A stretch of DNA of 62,768 nucleotides, counting the filler, from Platydemus manokwari (taxonomy: Eukaryota): NCBI GenBank assembly GCA_037951405.1. It is 6 parts of 6 records of this genome, joined end to end, with 100 filler letters (N's around TTAATTAATTAA, not from the genome) between each part and the next. Parts side by side here need not be neighbours in the genome. Positions count along the whole stretch, not along the records: positions 1 to 13,959 come from JBBMOY011565855.1; 5 more parts are not named here. The stretch is one strand, 5' to 3'. The stretch's first letter is position 1. Each line of letters starts with the position of its first letter. The notes under the pieces were generated by a model. It had not been told where the DNA came from and did no database searches. It saw only the letters and a program-made list of their open reading frames with translations. The translations under genes were made by a program, and so were the position numbers. Below are positions 1 to 14,059 of this stretch, piece by piece.

Positions 1-3000
1 GGATGATTAATTAACATTTTGTGTTTTATTGGCCAATTCCCGGTACTTTTTTGACATAATGTATATATAATTGTTATTATTTTCTTTATATAATTATTGC
101 AACTAATTGTCATACCACACAAGATCTAAACAAAATGATAAAATCAAATGATACGCAAACATCCATCGCAATCAAAATAGTTCAAAGGTCTTCTTTTCTC
201 AAATCTGAAAATAGACTAAATTAAGAAAGTAAGTCATAAAATAAAATTTTTAATTTGTTGAGAGCAATCAAAGTATCTGTATAGTTTATATGATAATATT
301 TATGAAACTTTTGTTTAAGTATTCAGAAAAATTTTCATTGTTTAAAATCAAATATTAAATAAACTAAGCTTTAAAATCCTATAAAAATTTATTATTCGAA
401 ACAAGTCAGTATAGGCCAAATAGTAATTTATTGAAAATTAGCGAGACTACTTCTTTTAACAAATAAAGTAAATAAAGTGATACTCTAAATTTTTACGACT
501 ATTTTATAAAAACGAGCAATATTGTCATTAAAATTACAAACTCAAAAGTGTATATGATGGCGATAGATATATAATGTATTGTGATTGAAATAGGAAATTG
601 GTTTAGCAAGTCAGCTTTCCCTATTTGACGTCGTTAAATGTACTCAATGAATAAATCGATCTTCATAAAATGATAAAAATGTAATTAAAGATTTATGAAG
701 ATATAAAATTTGCCAATGCCGTGATTGCTTGTTATTTCTAGTTTGAAACTGAAATATATGAACTATAGAGGAAAGAAATACAAGACAAATACAAAATCAA
801 ATTTTCTTGCATTGCTTGATAATTAATTGATAATTGGTAAGGTCGGATCAATTATTTTTTACTTTTAATTGAAGGTCTTACACGCGCTATCTAAGTTTCT
901 GTTACCAATATGACAATGTTCAATAAATTTCATCAATACAAGTGATCGAGTCCTTAAAAACCAGAATGGTAGAGAACAATTGTAAACAATTAATCATTAA
1001 ATTTATCTTTAATATATATTTTAACAATAAATTTTCAAAATATACTCTAAATTCAATTATAAAATCAAATCATACGCTAAAATTCATCATAATCCAGGTA
1101 GATCAAAGATCTCATTTTGATAATATTGTTTGAGATCAACCCAGCTCAAACAAAATTCGAATATGTCAATAGAAATTCCTCAAGTGTAAAATAACCCAAA
1201 TAATTTAATCTATCAATTAATGTGAGCCAAATCAAAAAACCAATACTCTATAATGAATGTTATGCAAAGCCATCATCTAAGTTCAAATCAACCAAAGTTC
1301 AGTTTAATTATTATTTAAATTCCAATTCAAATTACTTTGATTGGGTTAACATTTTAATTTGTAATTCAAATTATTTTGATTTTTCAATATTTTATTGCTG
1401 TCCAAACAATCGATGGATGCAATTTATGTTTCGCAAAATCGTACTAGTTGGAACGTACACAAATGAATCCATCTTTTAACAAAACTCCTAAAATCAATGT
1501 AAAACATTTACTTAAAACTTAGTTTCTAAATGGCACTTGGGTTTCCTTACATCAGTATTTATACTTGAGATTTGTGTATTTTTTGTATCACGATTTGATT
1601 TGACTTTTTATGTATTGATTTAAAATTGGATTTACTGATTTATGTGTGCTTTGGAATGGTCAATCCCTATGTGCCTTATTCTGGCTATATCCGTTTTTCG
1701 AACTAGAAATTCCATTTAAATCTTCTCTGATTGGTTGTTTGCTATGGCTATGTGGTTGTATAGGTATGCTAATGCTGAAAAAGTTAAAATAAATGTTCCA
1801 AGATGTAGAATTGTTTTTATTTTGTGAAATTTCATATTCACTCAACAATGTAAATGTTATTGATTTAATTCGATTTTTGATATTTTTGCTATTTAAATGT
1901 CAAGAAGAAGAAGCTTGAATGAATAATGATAATAATAATAAATAATAATAATATCGAAAATCAATTAATTGTCAATAATAGAAAACTAATAAGTCCAAGA
2001 ATAAAAATAATAAATGCAAGTATGAAAGTTTAATTATCATCAAAACGAGAAAATTGAGAGATACCGCTCACGTCATATTTGGGACAGGATAGTATAAACA
2101 TCGACACATTTGGTCACAAGCACCCATACACAAAATTTACAAGGTGATCACTGTGATCAATCGAAGGTGTCGATAAACATGTATTCACAAATACTTTCAT
2201 TAAACGTCAGCTCGTAACACATAGACTGACTTTTCATGGAATACATTTCATATTGATTCGCAAGTAGATATTTTATCTAGGAAAACCAATTTGTGCGGAG
2301 AACGTAAGGCTTATTTATTTCTTTTTCTTGTTCATCACTTTTCAATAGTATCCCATTTAAATTTATGAGATTTAATAAGCACATTAACTAATTATTTTAA
2401 ATCGGCGAAACCCTAACCCTATTAAAATAACTGCGGAATTATTTATCAATACGAAGATTTACAAAATCTTATTGGTATGAAGATGAATGAATAATCTTTC
2501 TAACCCAAATGTTAGAGATAAATATTAAGCAAACATATTTTATAGAATAAAAATGTGACTGATTGCGCCTTAATAAGATAAACCCCATTGGGTTCAACTA
2601 AATATTTGACAATGAAAAATGTTTTTGAAAGTCTTGATGATCAGAAAACGAAAGTTAAATATGTAAAATAAGAAGATTACAACTGAAAATGATTATCGAG
2701 TGAATAAATTGTGATTGGCTCTTGATAATTATGCGATTTTCTTGTTTATCATGCCAGGCTTTTGGGTGAAAAGCTTTTTGTGCCGTTTCAATAATAATTT
2801 GAAGTCACAGAAGAACCGCGAGACCTGTGTAACAGCACACTACTTGTTGCGATCGATAATTGATTTATCTGTATCCCATATAACAATTACGAATGCTTTG
2901 ATTATCTTTAGTGTTTTCTCTCAATTTGAAATTATTCAAAAATATAATCATTTTAAATCCTTATAGATTGTCATCGAAGGAAGATATTTCTTCATATTAA

Positions 3001-3299
3001 TGTAAGGCTTCTGAATGTCAAACTTTGAATTTTGAATTTCATGAAATTTACTTGCAAATTATCCAATTCAATCTAACAATTACGATAAGTGAAACCAGAG
3101 TCTATTTTTGATTTTAACAAAACACAATTCATATCGTAATGTGGTTATCTTGTGAATAGTATAGGAAGTACATTTTATGGAACTAACGAAGATTACTGTT
3201 GCCTATCATGGAAATCCCACAACTGCCTCTATCAGCTATTGTGAACAATGCAAATCAAATCTGGCAGGTATACAAATATAGAAGAAAGTCGTTTTCAGT

Positions 3300-3950
3300 G
3301 ATGGTCTAACCATCGCTGATTTTTTATTTATTCACAGAGCAAGATCAGATACCCTACGATGAACAGGAAATATATTAGGGACCAATAGTGCAGGAAATAT
3401 CTATTCGAAGTCGAATCCCAAGATCACGCTTTTACACAATGTATTGCCTCCCATTCATTCGTCCAACATCCTCATGGGAACACTGTAGGGATTCTTAAGA
3501 TGTTTATCAATCGGTATTCGGACAACTTCGTACACCAATAGACAACCGGCCACTTTACTGGATCGAGTCTTCGAATAGATCTCCAAATTATCAATGCACT
3601 TAAGAATGTCATCTTACTAGTAGATATCAAGTGCCCAATGAATGAACCAAGAGTACTACGAAATACTGATGAATCCAATCTCAACAAATATGACGCCCTG
3701 AAACAGAAAACACGAAAGGTGGTACCTAAATGGCTTGTTGAACTACATACTTTTGTAATTTGTCTTCTTGGCATATGAGCTCCCCAAAATAACCAAATAC
3801 TACGAAAGCTAGGTTTCAATAATGATCTGGTGGAGGTATTCACATACAGATGTATTTGAACAAACTCCCAATCTGCGAAAGACCAGTGATATTATCACCA
3901 ATGCATGGGATCTCAAAACCGAAAACTGGCATACAACAAAACTGAAATCG
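3300..3950 (+). mobile_element. Degenerate 3' end of an RLE-type (NeSL/R2-like) non-LTR retrotransposon (CCHC/restriction-like endonuclease region)
   Basis: Broken frames give FIHRARSDTL (~3328), SLRIDL (cf. RPDL), LLVDIKCP and KYDAL in the order expected for the RLE domain; same motif series as the longer copy at 32802-35200. Boundaries approximate. Confidence 0.6.
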
Positions 3951-6900
3951 AAATCTTGAATGACGAGTTGTTATGCTCCGAGGATGGCGAGATTCTCGAT
4001 AAATTCTGTCAAACTAGTTGGACGTGGAACTAGAAGAACCAAACTATGATAGTTGACCTTGTCACAATGTGGTGAAATTATCAGACTTAGTTCAAATATA
4101 CACAAATATAACTGGTTTGTATAATCAATATTAGCATTATTTTTATCTTAATGAAAACAAGTCGCTGAGTTTATCTTTATAATTAACAATTATTTTTATA
4201 CTATTGTTATTATTATCATTATTATTAAATAAAGTTTCTATTTCTTTTGCGTATTATTATTAAATATTACAAAAATATTTCTATGTCATGCGAACATTAA
4301 GTTTGATCACTATTATTCTTGTTGCCTTAATATTGAAAAATATGGAAATCCGGCATACTGGTAATTAAGAAATAATTGAAAGAATATGTCTTGGCTGAAT
4401 TCATAAGCATAGACACCAAAAAATTAAAATTATTTTATTTGAATTCCGAACTTTCAATGATTTTTTCATACATTTTCAATCTAACCTAGAACATAATAAT
4501 AGGTAAATAATTGACATACATTTAGTTTTTTCTTGTTTGGAACAAACCAGCAACCCCAGAATTAGTTCAATTTCGATAAATCAATACTGATAACAATCGA
4601 TGTTTGTCAATGAAATTTTAGTGAATATTCATAGTCAGCGTTACATATTATTCAAAAGCCGTTAAATTTTCACAAAGATTGAAACGTTTCATAAATCTGT
4701 CATTAAAATAAATTAATTGTTTATGTACGCGGTTTTCACGTACTATAAATCTGAATTATTATTCAAAGAAAAATCAAAACCCATTTCCAAATTCGATACA
4801 TGAAATTCCGAAATAACCTCAACTGTTTCAAATTAAATTTACTTCAACTCAAATTATTTAAGAATTTAAGATCAAAAACGATTTTTCATATTTTCCAAGA
4901 TTTTACATGAATTTTTCAAGATATCAACGGTAAAACTTAATTTTCTCAAAAAATTCATCAATTATTGCTACAAGAGATTCTCACAATACTCGTTGTATCT
5001 TTCTGTGATTATTTAGCGTGTTGTATATCTCAATTTATCGAACATCAAGATTAGAATAGTTCATTATGACAGCTTTGCTAATCTAACTTAATAATTGTAA
5101 TAAAACTAGACAATTATTATAGCTCTTGCACCCAACACATGTGTCTATTCAGGAACCAGTAGTCTTTAGTGACTTTTGTTGAGGAGACCCATATAACAGA
5201 AACATAAGAGTCAGGCTAACTCACAATGAGCAAACTGATAAGATACTCAGATAATGAATTAAAGACTGAGAAAATATCCATGGCTGTTTATCTCATACGA
5301 TAAATGGAAGAGAATAATAGAATCGATAAGATATGTCACAACATCAAATTAATATGGGTTTCCAGAAAAAGATAATGATAATGAAAATGAAGCGGCTTAA
5401 AGTAATCTACAAAACACTGAGAGTAGTTTGGAGAAAAACAGAGACTAACAGGTGAGAAGTTGTAATGTCGATCTCGATGCCTAAAGAAAATTTAAATAAT
5501 GTAAATAAATTTGAATTTCAAATCATATACAAGCCCAAATGCTTCTGAATATTTATCAAGGCTTTTATTATCCTTGCTCTGGCAATGATCTGTTGACATT
5601 TATTGAACATTTATCCTGATCTCTATTTGATTGTTTTTGTCCTGACATTTATTTGATGATTTTTTATTTTTGTACAAAAATTGTAATATTTGGCATTTAT
5701 TTTTGATTTAATATTTATTGAAGTATTGTTGTTTTGAAATTTGAATGAAAATGATTATTTTTCAAAGTTATAAAATATATATTTATTATTTATAAAATTT
5801 GAATAAAAATAAGATCGTTTTTGAAAAGAAAATAAGATAAATAAGATGGTAACAACCAAGATTTATTAAATGTAGTCATAAAAGTAATTATAAAAATTAA
5901 AATAATTAATTAAAATAAAGGAAATTCAATAACAAAAATAAATGAGTAAATGCACAAAGCACCGAAATAAATTACATTTTTAAACAATCATAGGGTGCAA
6001 TGTACCCAACGTTGAGGACGTTATAAATCGACGAAAAAGCGACAGTAGTCCATTCATAAAAATTGGCATTAAAATTCGGCTTTGACAGTATTGGAGTTTT
6101 AGTTGACTCTGACTTAATTAGCATTCAGATTTTTTTTTCTTGATATCATTGAAATAAGCAATATTCAGCGTGAAATCGGGATTACTGGGATACCTTTATT
6201 ACTGGGATTACTTTCAGATACCTTTATCAATCACTCACGTTGTTTAGTTTACTAACAACAAATAAATAACATGAGCCTAACATTGTCAATCAAATACCGA
6301 GAAAATTTTGTTTAAGAAAATTTCTACTGAGATCAAATATCAAAATGAAATATAAAATTTAATTCACATCCAGAAATTATGTTAATGTTTTTATCGTTAC
6401 TATCCCTTCATTCAATAATTGGACTGTTTCATTATATTGCACAAAGATAATTGTATATTACCTCAGATGATCTTTATTTCATAATTATCTAGTAAATATT
6501 ATTTCATAAACGTGTTAGATTTGGAACTTATTGGTTTTATTTATATTGTAGTTTTGTATCATATTTCGGAATCAGTCGTCGTGATCAGTTATTATGAGTT
6601 TCTCACAAACCCATGTGTATAACCTACCTTATATCTAGTACTTTATTTGACCTCGCACGACTTTATTGATTGAAAGCAGCGATCCCATATTTTTAAAATA
6701 AGTCTCAATTTTATGGATATTAAACTTGTTGACACCGTCAGACATGTTAATATCTATTATTATTACTTCTTCAATTATCATACAAGACTATGGATACAAA
6801 ACTTTAGTAAATAAAATTGCTGCTCGAAATGAAGAAAAATATACAAATTACAATTGACTTCAACAATACTGTGCACAACGAATCTTATGACGAAACTTAA

Positions 6901-8118
6901 CAATTATTGGATTAAGCTCATAGTTGATACACTATATACTCTTATAGCAAAACCAATTACCTTTAAGATGTTGGAGGTAAAGCTAAAGAATAAACGATAA
7001 AAGGTGTATAATACTCAGAATTCGTCTATACAATGAAATTCTAACTTCAGATATCTTTGGATTATCTACGAGGAAATCAAGAGACTTGTCTCTGAACAAT
7101 TGACCTTGCCATTTATTCATATTATTTGTATCTCATTATTTATAATTCCTAAAATTTATATTAATTTAATAGTAGCTTCAAATTGTTACCTAAAATATAA
7201 AGACAAAGGAATAAATTAATATTGGTACATTGGTTCCAAAGTAAAATTGATACAATATAACGAATCATAGCAAATGTTAATAATATGTATCACCATGTAG
7301 AATAAGAATTGATGTCAAAAAAATTGATACGTAATGCATGCAAATATCAGTTTATTTGAATTTTCATTACCCCGACAAATATATTCAATCAAATTTTTCA
7401 ATATCGGTTATGGACAATACCACACATGTTAATTGAAATCATTTCGAATTCTAAATAATTATTCAATTACACAAACGTTATCTTATGAAATTTACAAGAG
7501 CTATTATATTATTTATTCATGTCATTTCTGTTAGGTGTTGATGATGGTAAGCTAATCAAATAAATATTGGAAACCCATTAAATTAGATAAAACTCAAATA
7601 GTACCACTATGGTGAAAATATTAACATGGGTGAAGTACATGGAGAGCAATAAGGTAATTTTTTAATAAATTCAGGGATTTTATATTTTCTATAAATCCTG
7701 TATATAAATGTACTGAAAACCACGGTCATTTTTTATTTTTATGATACAGTCACTTGATCTTCAATTTTTGAATGATTGAAGTTCGTAATGAAATAAGTAA
7801 TTCCTTAAATTTATTGTATAAAAACTCTTTAAATTTCTAAATATACACTTATGGAGTATAAAACAATAAATCTCAAAATCTCAATCAGGAAATGCAGTAT
7901 TAGATTTAATTATAACTACACTAGGAAAAACCATATTTTATGTTAATGATTAAGAAAAAATGAATTATTAGAGATAATTCTATAGATTAATTATTTCATA
8001 TAAAATAAACATTATGTTTATTTGAGATAATTTTTAAAAATTCATTAAAATTTAAAATTAACGTAAAATATTTGTTTAAATCAATAGTTGAATTCATAAT
8101 AAATTAAATTTAAAAACT

Positions 8119-9271
8119 ATGGTATGCAAATAATTTAAAGTGAAAATTTTCCTAATTAATATATTTAATTTAGAGTCGCCCGTTGATTAACGTTTATAGT
8201 GTCAATTTGCCTACAGATGATTCCAAGCCAAAGCTTGAATGCGTCATTAATGATTCAGTTAAACTTCCATCTGTTTTCAATGCTCCATTAAGAATGGATA
8301 TCCTTTCAAGTGTTCATGATTTAATTAGAAAAAACAGCCGTCAACCATACGCTGTTAGCGCTGGTGCAGGACACAACAACTCTGCCGAATCATGGGGTAC
8401 CGGTAGAGCCGTTGCTCGTATTCCAAGAGTTCGTGGAGGAGGAACACACAGATCAGGCCAAGGTGCCTTTGGAAACATGTGTCGAGGAGGTCATATGTTT
8501 GCACCAACCAAAGTATGGAGAAAATGGCACCACAGAGTTCCAGTTCAACAAAGAAGATTCGCCATGGTAACTGCTATTGCTGCAACAGCTATCCCACCAC
8601 TTGTTGCTGCTCGCGGACACAAAATCGAAAAGGTCCCAGAATTGCCATTAGTTATTAATGAAGAATATGAAAATGTCAAGAAAACTAAAGTTGCTGTTAA
8701 AATCTTGAAAGGATGTGGTGTATGGCCAGATATTGAAAAAGTCAAGGCATCTCGTAAAGTTCGCGCTGGAAGAGGTAAGATGCGTAACAGAAGATATGTT
8801 CAAAAGAGAGGACCAATCGTTATCTACAAATCAGACAATGGTATTACCAGAGCTTTTAGAAATATTCCTGGTGTTACTCTTATCAATGTCAAGAATTTGA
8901 ACATTCTTAAATTGTCCCCAGGAGGTCACATGGGACGATTGGCCATCTGGACTAAACCAGCTATCGAAGAACTCGAAAAGATCTATGGTTCATGGAGTCA
9001 ACCAAGCCAAACAAAGGTTGACTTTGTTTTGCCATCAAAGACCATGGCTTGTGCTGATTTATTCAGACTCATCAACAGTGAAGAAATCACTTCAGTCTTG
9101 AAACCAAGAAATATGGCTGCTCAGAAATCTTTGAGAAAGGTTAAGAAAAACCCATTGAAAAATGACGGTGTTATGGCTAAATTGAATCCATATGCTGCTG
9201 GTGAAAGAAAAATCAACAAACGTAAATCATGTGGTTTGGAAGTTGTGCCCGCTAAACAAATTAAAGCTTAA
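8119..9271 (+). CDS. RPL4: 60S ribosomal protein L4 (uL4); exons 8119-8121 (ATG only), 8174-9271; 366 aa
   Basis: Diagnostic [36 protein letters not shown] and [12 protein letters not shown] motifs; ATG|GTATGC...TTTAG 52-nt intron gives M|SRPLINVY; AATAAA just after TAA. Confidence 0.98.
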
Positions 9272-12200
9272 TTTGATTATCAAATAAAATTTGGATTATT
9301 ATTTCTTGATGTATTATATTTAAATTAAGAATTCTGAATAATTTGAGTGCTAATGTATTTATCAATAATAGAATATTTTTATTTGTAGTAGATTGACTAA
9401 CTTTTTAAACACAAAATCCCAGTGCGTGGTCATTTATATAGGTTATTATACTATTTTTGAAAATTTAATATTATGAGTGAATTCTTGTGCAATGAATAAA
9501 TAGTACTTGATAATATTCAACATTAAAAATACAGGCCAGACAATTACTAGCGGTAATTGTCTAAATTGAGCTGATAGCAATAATCAGATGTGAATATGAT
9601 ATTGTTTTAATGTATAAAAAGTAAATGACAAAATTATCTATATTCCGATTTTATTGGTTAATAATAATAACACATTGAAATAAAACCCCAATCATCTTAA
9701 TAAATATATTTACTAACCAAAAACACTCATAGAATTAAATATTGATCTGCCAGAAATCTCTTAACGAAAGAGTAAAGAAATAAATAATCTTTCATTAAAA
9801 TAGAAATTCGACTATTTCTTGATAGCCATTCTGCGATAGAATTGTTCAAACGTCTGTCTCTTGGATATATCATATCATTAACATTGTTCTTATCGTGCTC
9901 TTCAACCTTTTGAAGGTTTTCGGTAATATTTTGGTTGTTTTTGTGACCTACCCAAAAATCAATGGCATTTCAAAAAGTGTCATTCGTCATAGCAGTTTTT
10001 TTAATTTATTTGTGTTCACATTTTATTTTATAAATTTAATTCTGTTTTATATTGAAATAACGTAAACAAAGTATTTCTATCCAAATTTAGTGCTCATACA
10101 TTGGTGTTAACGACATTCATATAGACATCTGAATTTATTTGACCACAAGGAGTAGAAACATAAAACAAGGTTTTGTTATACTTGTGATTTAATGATTAAA
10201 CTCTTTGAGACTAATAAAGATGTTGAGAGTGATACCAAGAAAGTATCCGCATTCATTTGAAATGAATAGCATTGAAATCATAAAACCAAATAGGCACAAA
10301 TATAACACATAATATACTATTTATAATTTTTCTAATAAAAATTCTTTAGAATATTACTGATAAACATCATCATTAATATTTGTATATGCTTTCCTCTCAA
10401 TCAATTAATAATTCGGTGTCCTTAAACTTTGGAATCCATGGATTAATTGTCTAGTAGAATATAATCGAGCAATAATCAGTAAAGTTAAAAAAGTTTAGAA
10501 TATCACATACTAATAAACTTTTATTGGGTGGTTCACAGGGGGCTTCAGTAACCGGTATGAAGTCCAAATTATTGGTAAAATTAATGAATTCCGACTGAAG
10601 ATCTGTGCGTAAAGGAACTGACGTTGCTCTGAACCTGAAACGATGTAAATCGTAAATCTCGAATGAAATCGAGTTGCTTTATAATAACGTTATAGGTCTA
10701 ATAGATTCTAGAACTATTCCTTTTGGGTTCAAAATATAGCTAATGTCTTCTGAATTACTCGTAATTGAACACAATATTTGAGACAAAAGTTTTTATTAAT
10801 AACGAAACCGAAATGAAACAATTAACCGGTAAATTCGTAAGACCGACTAAGAAGATTATAAATGAAAGTGGGAGATCTTAATTGCCGACACTCACGCCAA
10901 TTGATGTTAAAATGTTATTATAAATATGAAAAATTTTGTGAATGAAATATGATAACTCAATTACTAAAATAAGCGTTTAATTCTTGTAAATGAAAAGTGA
11001 TTACTAAACAAATCAGCAAAAGGTGCTTAAAAAAATCGATGACTGGTTGTAATGTTAATCCATCCTGTCCTCATTTGAAATGAAAATTATCGAAATCCGT
11101 AAGTACGTTTTTTTAACTCATAAGATGGCTTCTCTTGCTTCGAATGTCCGACTGGGTAGTCAACTGAAATTGGCCGTGGTATTTATAGTCATCCACGCGT
11201 TTCCGTCCACATCTATCTCGCTTTACTTATCTAATTAATTATGTTAATTCTATTTTATATTAACCTAATTATTTGCTTATTTTATTTTATAATATTTACA
11301 TTGTCTTATTTTATAAATTTCTAATATTTATTATTTAATTATCGATTTTATTTCTAACGTTTTTTATTTGCTTATCTATTTTATTTTTAATATTTATTAT
11401 TTCCTATTTATTTCCTATTCACATTTTATATTTTGAATTGATATCCTTTTATTTATTTTTATTAATTTATTATTTCCCATTACTTTCTCCGTTTTGGCAC
11501 TCATCTCCCACATTCACATTTTACCATGCCTTTGTACAACTAGATTACGCATAAATATGGTAATAAATGGATAGTTAAACACACTAATTGTTTATTATAA
11601 GAATACATGGATTATTACGCACAATATGGATTTCTAAAAGACAATAATTGTTTATCAAGAGTTCAACAAATGAGAACAGTTTGAATATTGTTGGGCATGG
11701 CTTAGGCTGCTGCTGATGTTCTGTCTCTGCTCTGGCCATCTATAATCAAGGCGTATGAACTATTGCCATTTTATTATACGGCGGAGTTATATATGTATTG
11801 GGTGTGTAGTTACAATGATTTGTATATTATGTACCTATATGACTTATATATGGAGTTATGTACAATATGGGATGGGGGTGGAATCCAAAAACCATAAAAA
11901 TAGATGAGAAAGCTTTTAAAAAGTAATGAAACATAAGACCAGATGGACTTTTAAATCTTAATGATCTTGCCAAATAAATAAGAGGACTTTTGGTTTCACA
12001 GAACATAAAATAATACGTGCTCGACTGATTAAACAACCGTACATATAAACGCAGGTTCATTGTTACCTGTTTTAAGAGCGTTGAATTATAATTTTAGATG
12101 GGACGGCAATGTAGTATAATCCACATAGCTACCAGAAATTAACAAATTCATATACGCTGCTATTTTATTGTTGGGGTTCTGGCCCAACAAGTTGCTTACA

Positions 12201-12498
12201 ATAATTAATTCACATTGGAAAAAATATGTATATACATTTGCATGACAATACGTATATCGGTAGCAAATTATTGAGTTGATAAAATATATTGTTTCAAAAA
12301 TTGACGAACTCTCGAATAACTTATTAAAGTTCAAAATTTATTGATGAACTGAAGGAAAATAAAATGATTTAAATAATTAAACAGCCAGACACGCAGAGAT
12401 CGGGTAAAAATCGATAATATCACCACAATATATGAAATACCAACACATCAACACCAAACATGTCTCAACACAAACAAAAGATAGACGAGAAAATCTAT

Positions 12499-13764
12499 TT
12501 ATCGAATTGCTCTATTCAAATTCACCAATCCAGACCCGATGCAGCTGAACAATAATTGATCGCCACAATTCTCGCGATATCCCTCCATACCAGCTCGAAG
12601 AGGCTCAATTGAGAATTTGACTGCCAAAAACATATGAATGTCTTTTATTGCCTGAACAGTGTTGTTCGATGGCACACCCAACACGATTTTACTGACGTTC
12701 TTCCGACCGAGTGCCATCATGGCCAACACAATCGGTTCCAGTTCAGACGAAACAGAGCCTCCTCTGACTATCTGTTTGAACAATAATTCTGCTGCCTCTT
12801 GGCCTAATTGTTCTGGTATAGAGGCCACGTTGCCACATTCGTCTTTGCTCTTGCAAGCCTTCTCCACAACGTATGAGACACCCTCAACCGATGTTGCAAC
12901 CATCACAATGCCATATCCAGGACTGTTGCCAGAATCTTTACCCTTTTTGTGATCATTTAACAAGTAAACATCTGGTAGATATTTCGTCAAGTGAGCTTTG
13001 GCACCGTCAATTAACCTTTTACCGAGGGTGGGATTGACCCTTGTTGTCCAGGCTATTCCACGAATCCTGTGAATAATTGAAGTATAAAAATATTGAATGA
13101 TGAATGAAATATTAAATTATAACAAACATAAATGACAAATAAGACATGTTTAATGAAGCAGCATTATAAATACTTTTGAAGTTTTCCAACTTTAACACAT
13201 TCAAGTGGTTTAAGAGATTGAACTGGTCTTGCTTTAAAGTGAACCAAGCCACCTCCATTCGGATAAGCACCTCTTTGTTTGACGACGATATCAAACATAG
13301 AAGCTTCCCCAATCACTTGTTTTAAAATTCCACCCAGACCATAACTTAAATACTCGGATGATATTCTGTTTTCACGATTAGTAACACCATATAAATTGGC
13401 TTCGATAGGTTTTTGGCAAAATGGTGCAAGTAATATCAAATACATGACATAATAACCAATTGGTGATTCATTATCACACTCGTGTTCAATTTCACCACCA
13501 ATAATGGTACCCGGAATAACTCTTAATCTACAACCTGTTTGTTTTGTGATTACCAATTTCTTATCATAAAATTATACCTGTATCATTTATGTGAAAACTG
13601 GCACCATTTGTAATTTTCTCCAGTAATTTAAGAAAAGATATTTGAGATGATGTTAAACCACCATCAGTGACTGCAATGTCATTTATTTCTAATGGTTGAG
13701 CAGTAATTAATGATAAACATACATTGAATTCTAAATTTGATTTATAAAGTGTGCTAATACGCAT
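12499..13764 (-). CDS. RCL1: RNA 3'-terminal phosphate cyclase-like protein Rcl1; exons 13764-13578, 13534-13174, 13066-12499; 371 aa
   Basis: Spliced product has LLEKITNG..INDTG, PG.IIGGEIEHEC, LAPFC.KP, RGAYPNGGG.V.F, KIRGIAW.TRV, SPGYGI, PEQLG, CIGSG..N; GT-AG introns of 43 and 107 nt keep the frame. Confidence 0.93.
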
Positions 13765-13959
13765 TTTAAAATTAATAATTTTCTAACAATATTATTAAAA
13801 CAAATAATAGGCAATTTGACGGCTATGTTATACTCTGAGGGCACCAACAAACTAGTAACTAGTAAATAAAGGAATTCCAAGGGAATTGCAAAATTTATAT
13901 AGTATAATTAAAGTTTGACGCTGAAAAAAATATAGAATAACACGTTATTATTTAAAATA

Positions 13960-14059
13960 NNNNNNNNNNNNNNNNNNNNNNNNNNNNNNNNNNNNNNNNN
14001 NNNTTAATTAATTAANNNNNNNNNNNNNNNNNNNNNNNNNNNNNNNNNNNNNNNNNNNN
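13960..14059. other. Artificial assembly spacer (44 N + TTAATTAATTAA + 44 N)
   Basis: Exact 100-nt pattern with a six-frame-stop linker, repeated five times in the window. Confidence 0.97.

Noticed and set aside
116-204. Exon-like minus-strand segment (FEKRRPLNYFDCDGCLRII*)
   Set aside because: No upstream exons or homology identified.
1500-1850. Minus-strand frame interrupted only by TGA codons (recoding or selenoprotein?)
   Set aside because: No recognisable protein or SECIS; conserved Trp positions in real genes use TGG.
8364-8900. Alternative-frame and antisense ORFs over RPL4 (likewise over RCL1, TLDc, AKR and the 243-aa ORF)
   Set aside because: Shadows of genuine coding sequence.
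9727-9990. About 85-codon minus-strand frame with one early TGA
   Set aside because: No recognisable domain; probably a TE relic or chance.
14004-14015. Palindromic TTAATTAATTAA recurring about every 9-10 kb as a biological periodic motif
   Set aside because: Always embedded in exactly 44+44 N; a standard six-frame-stop assembly linker.
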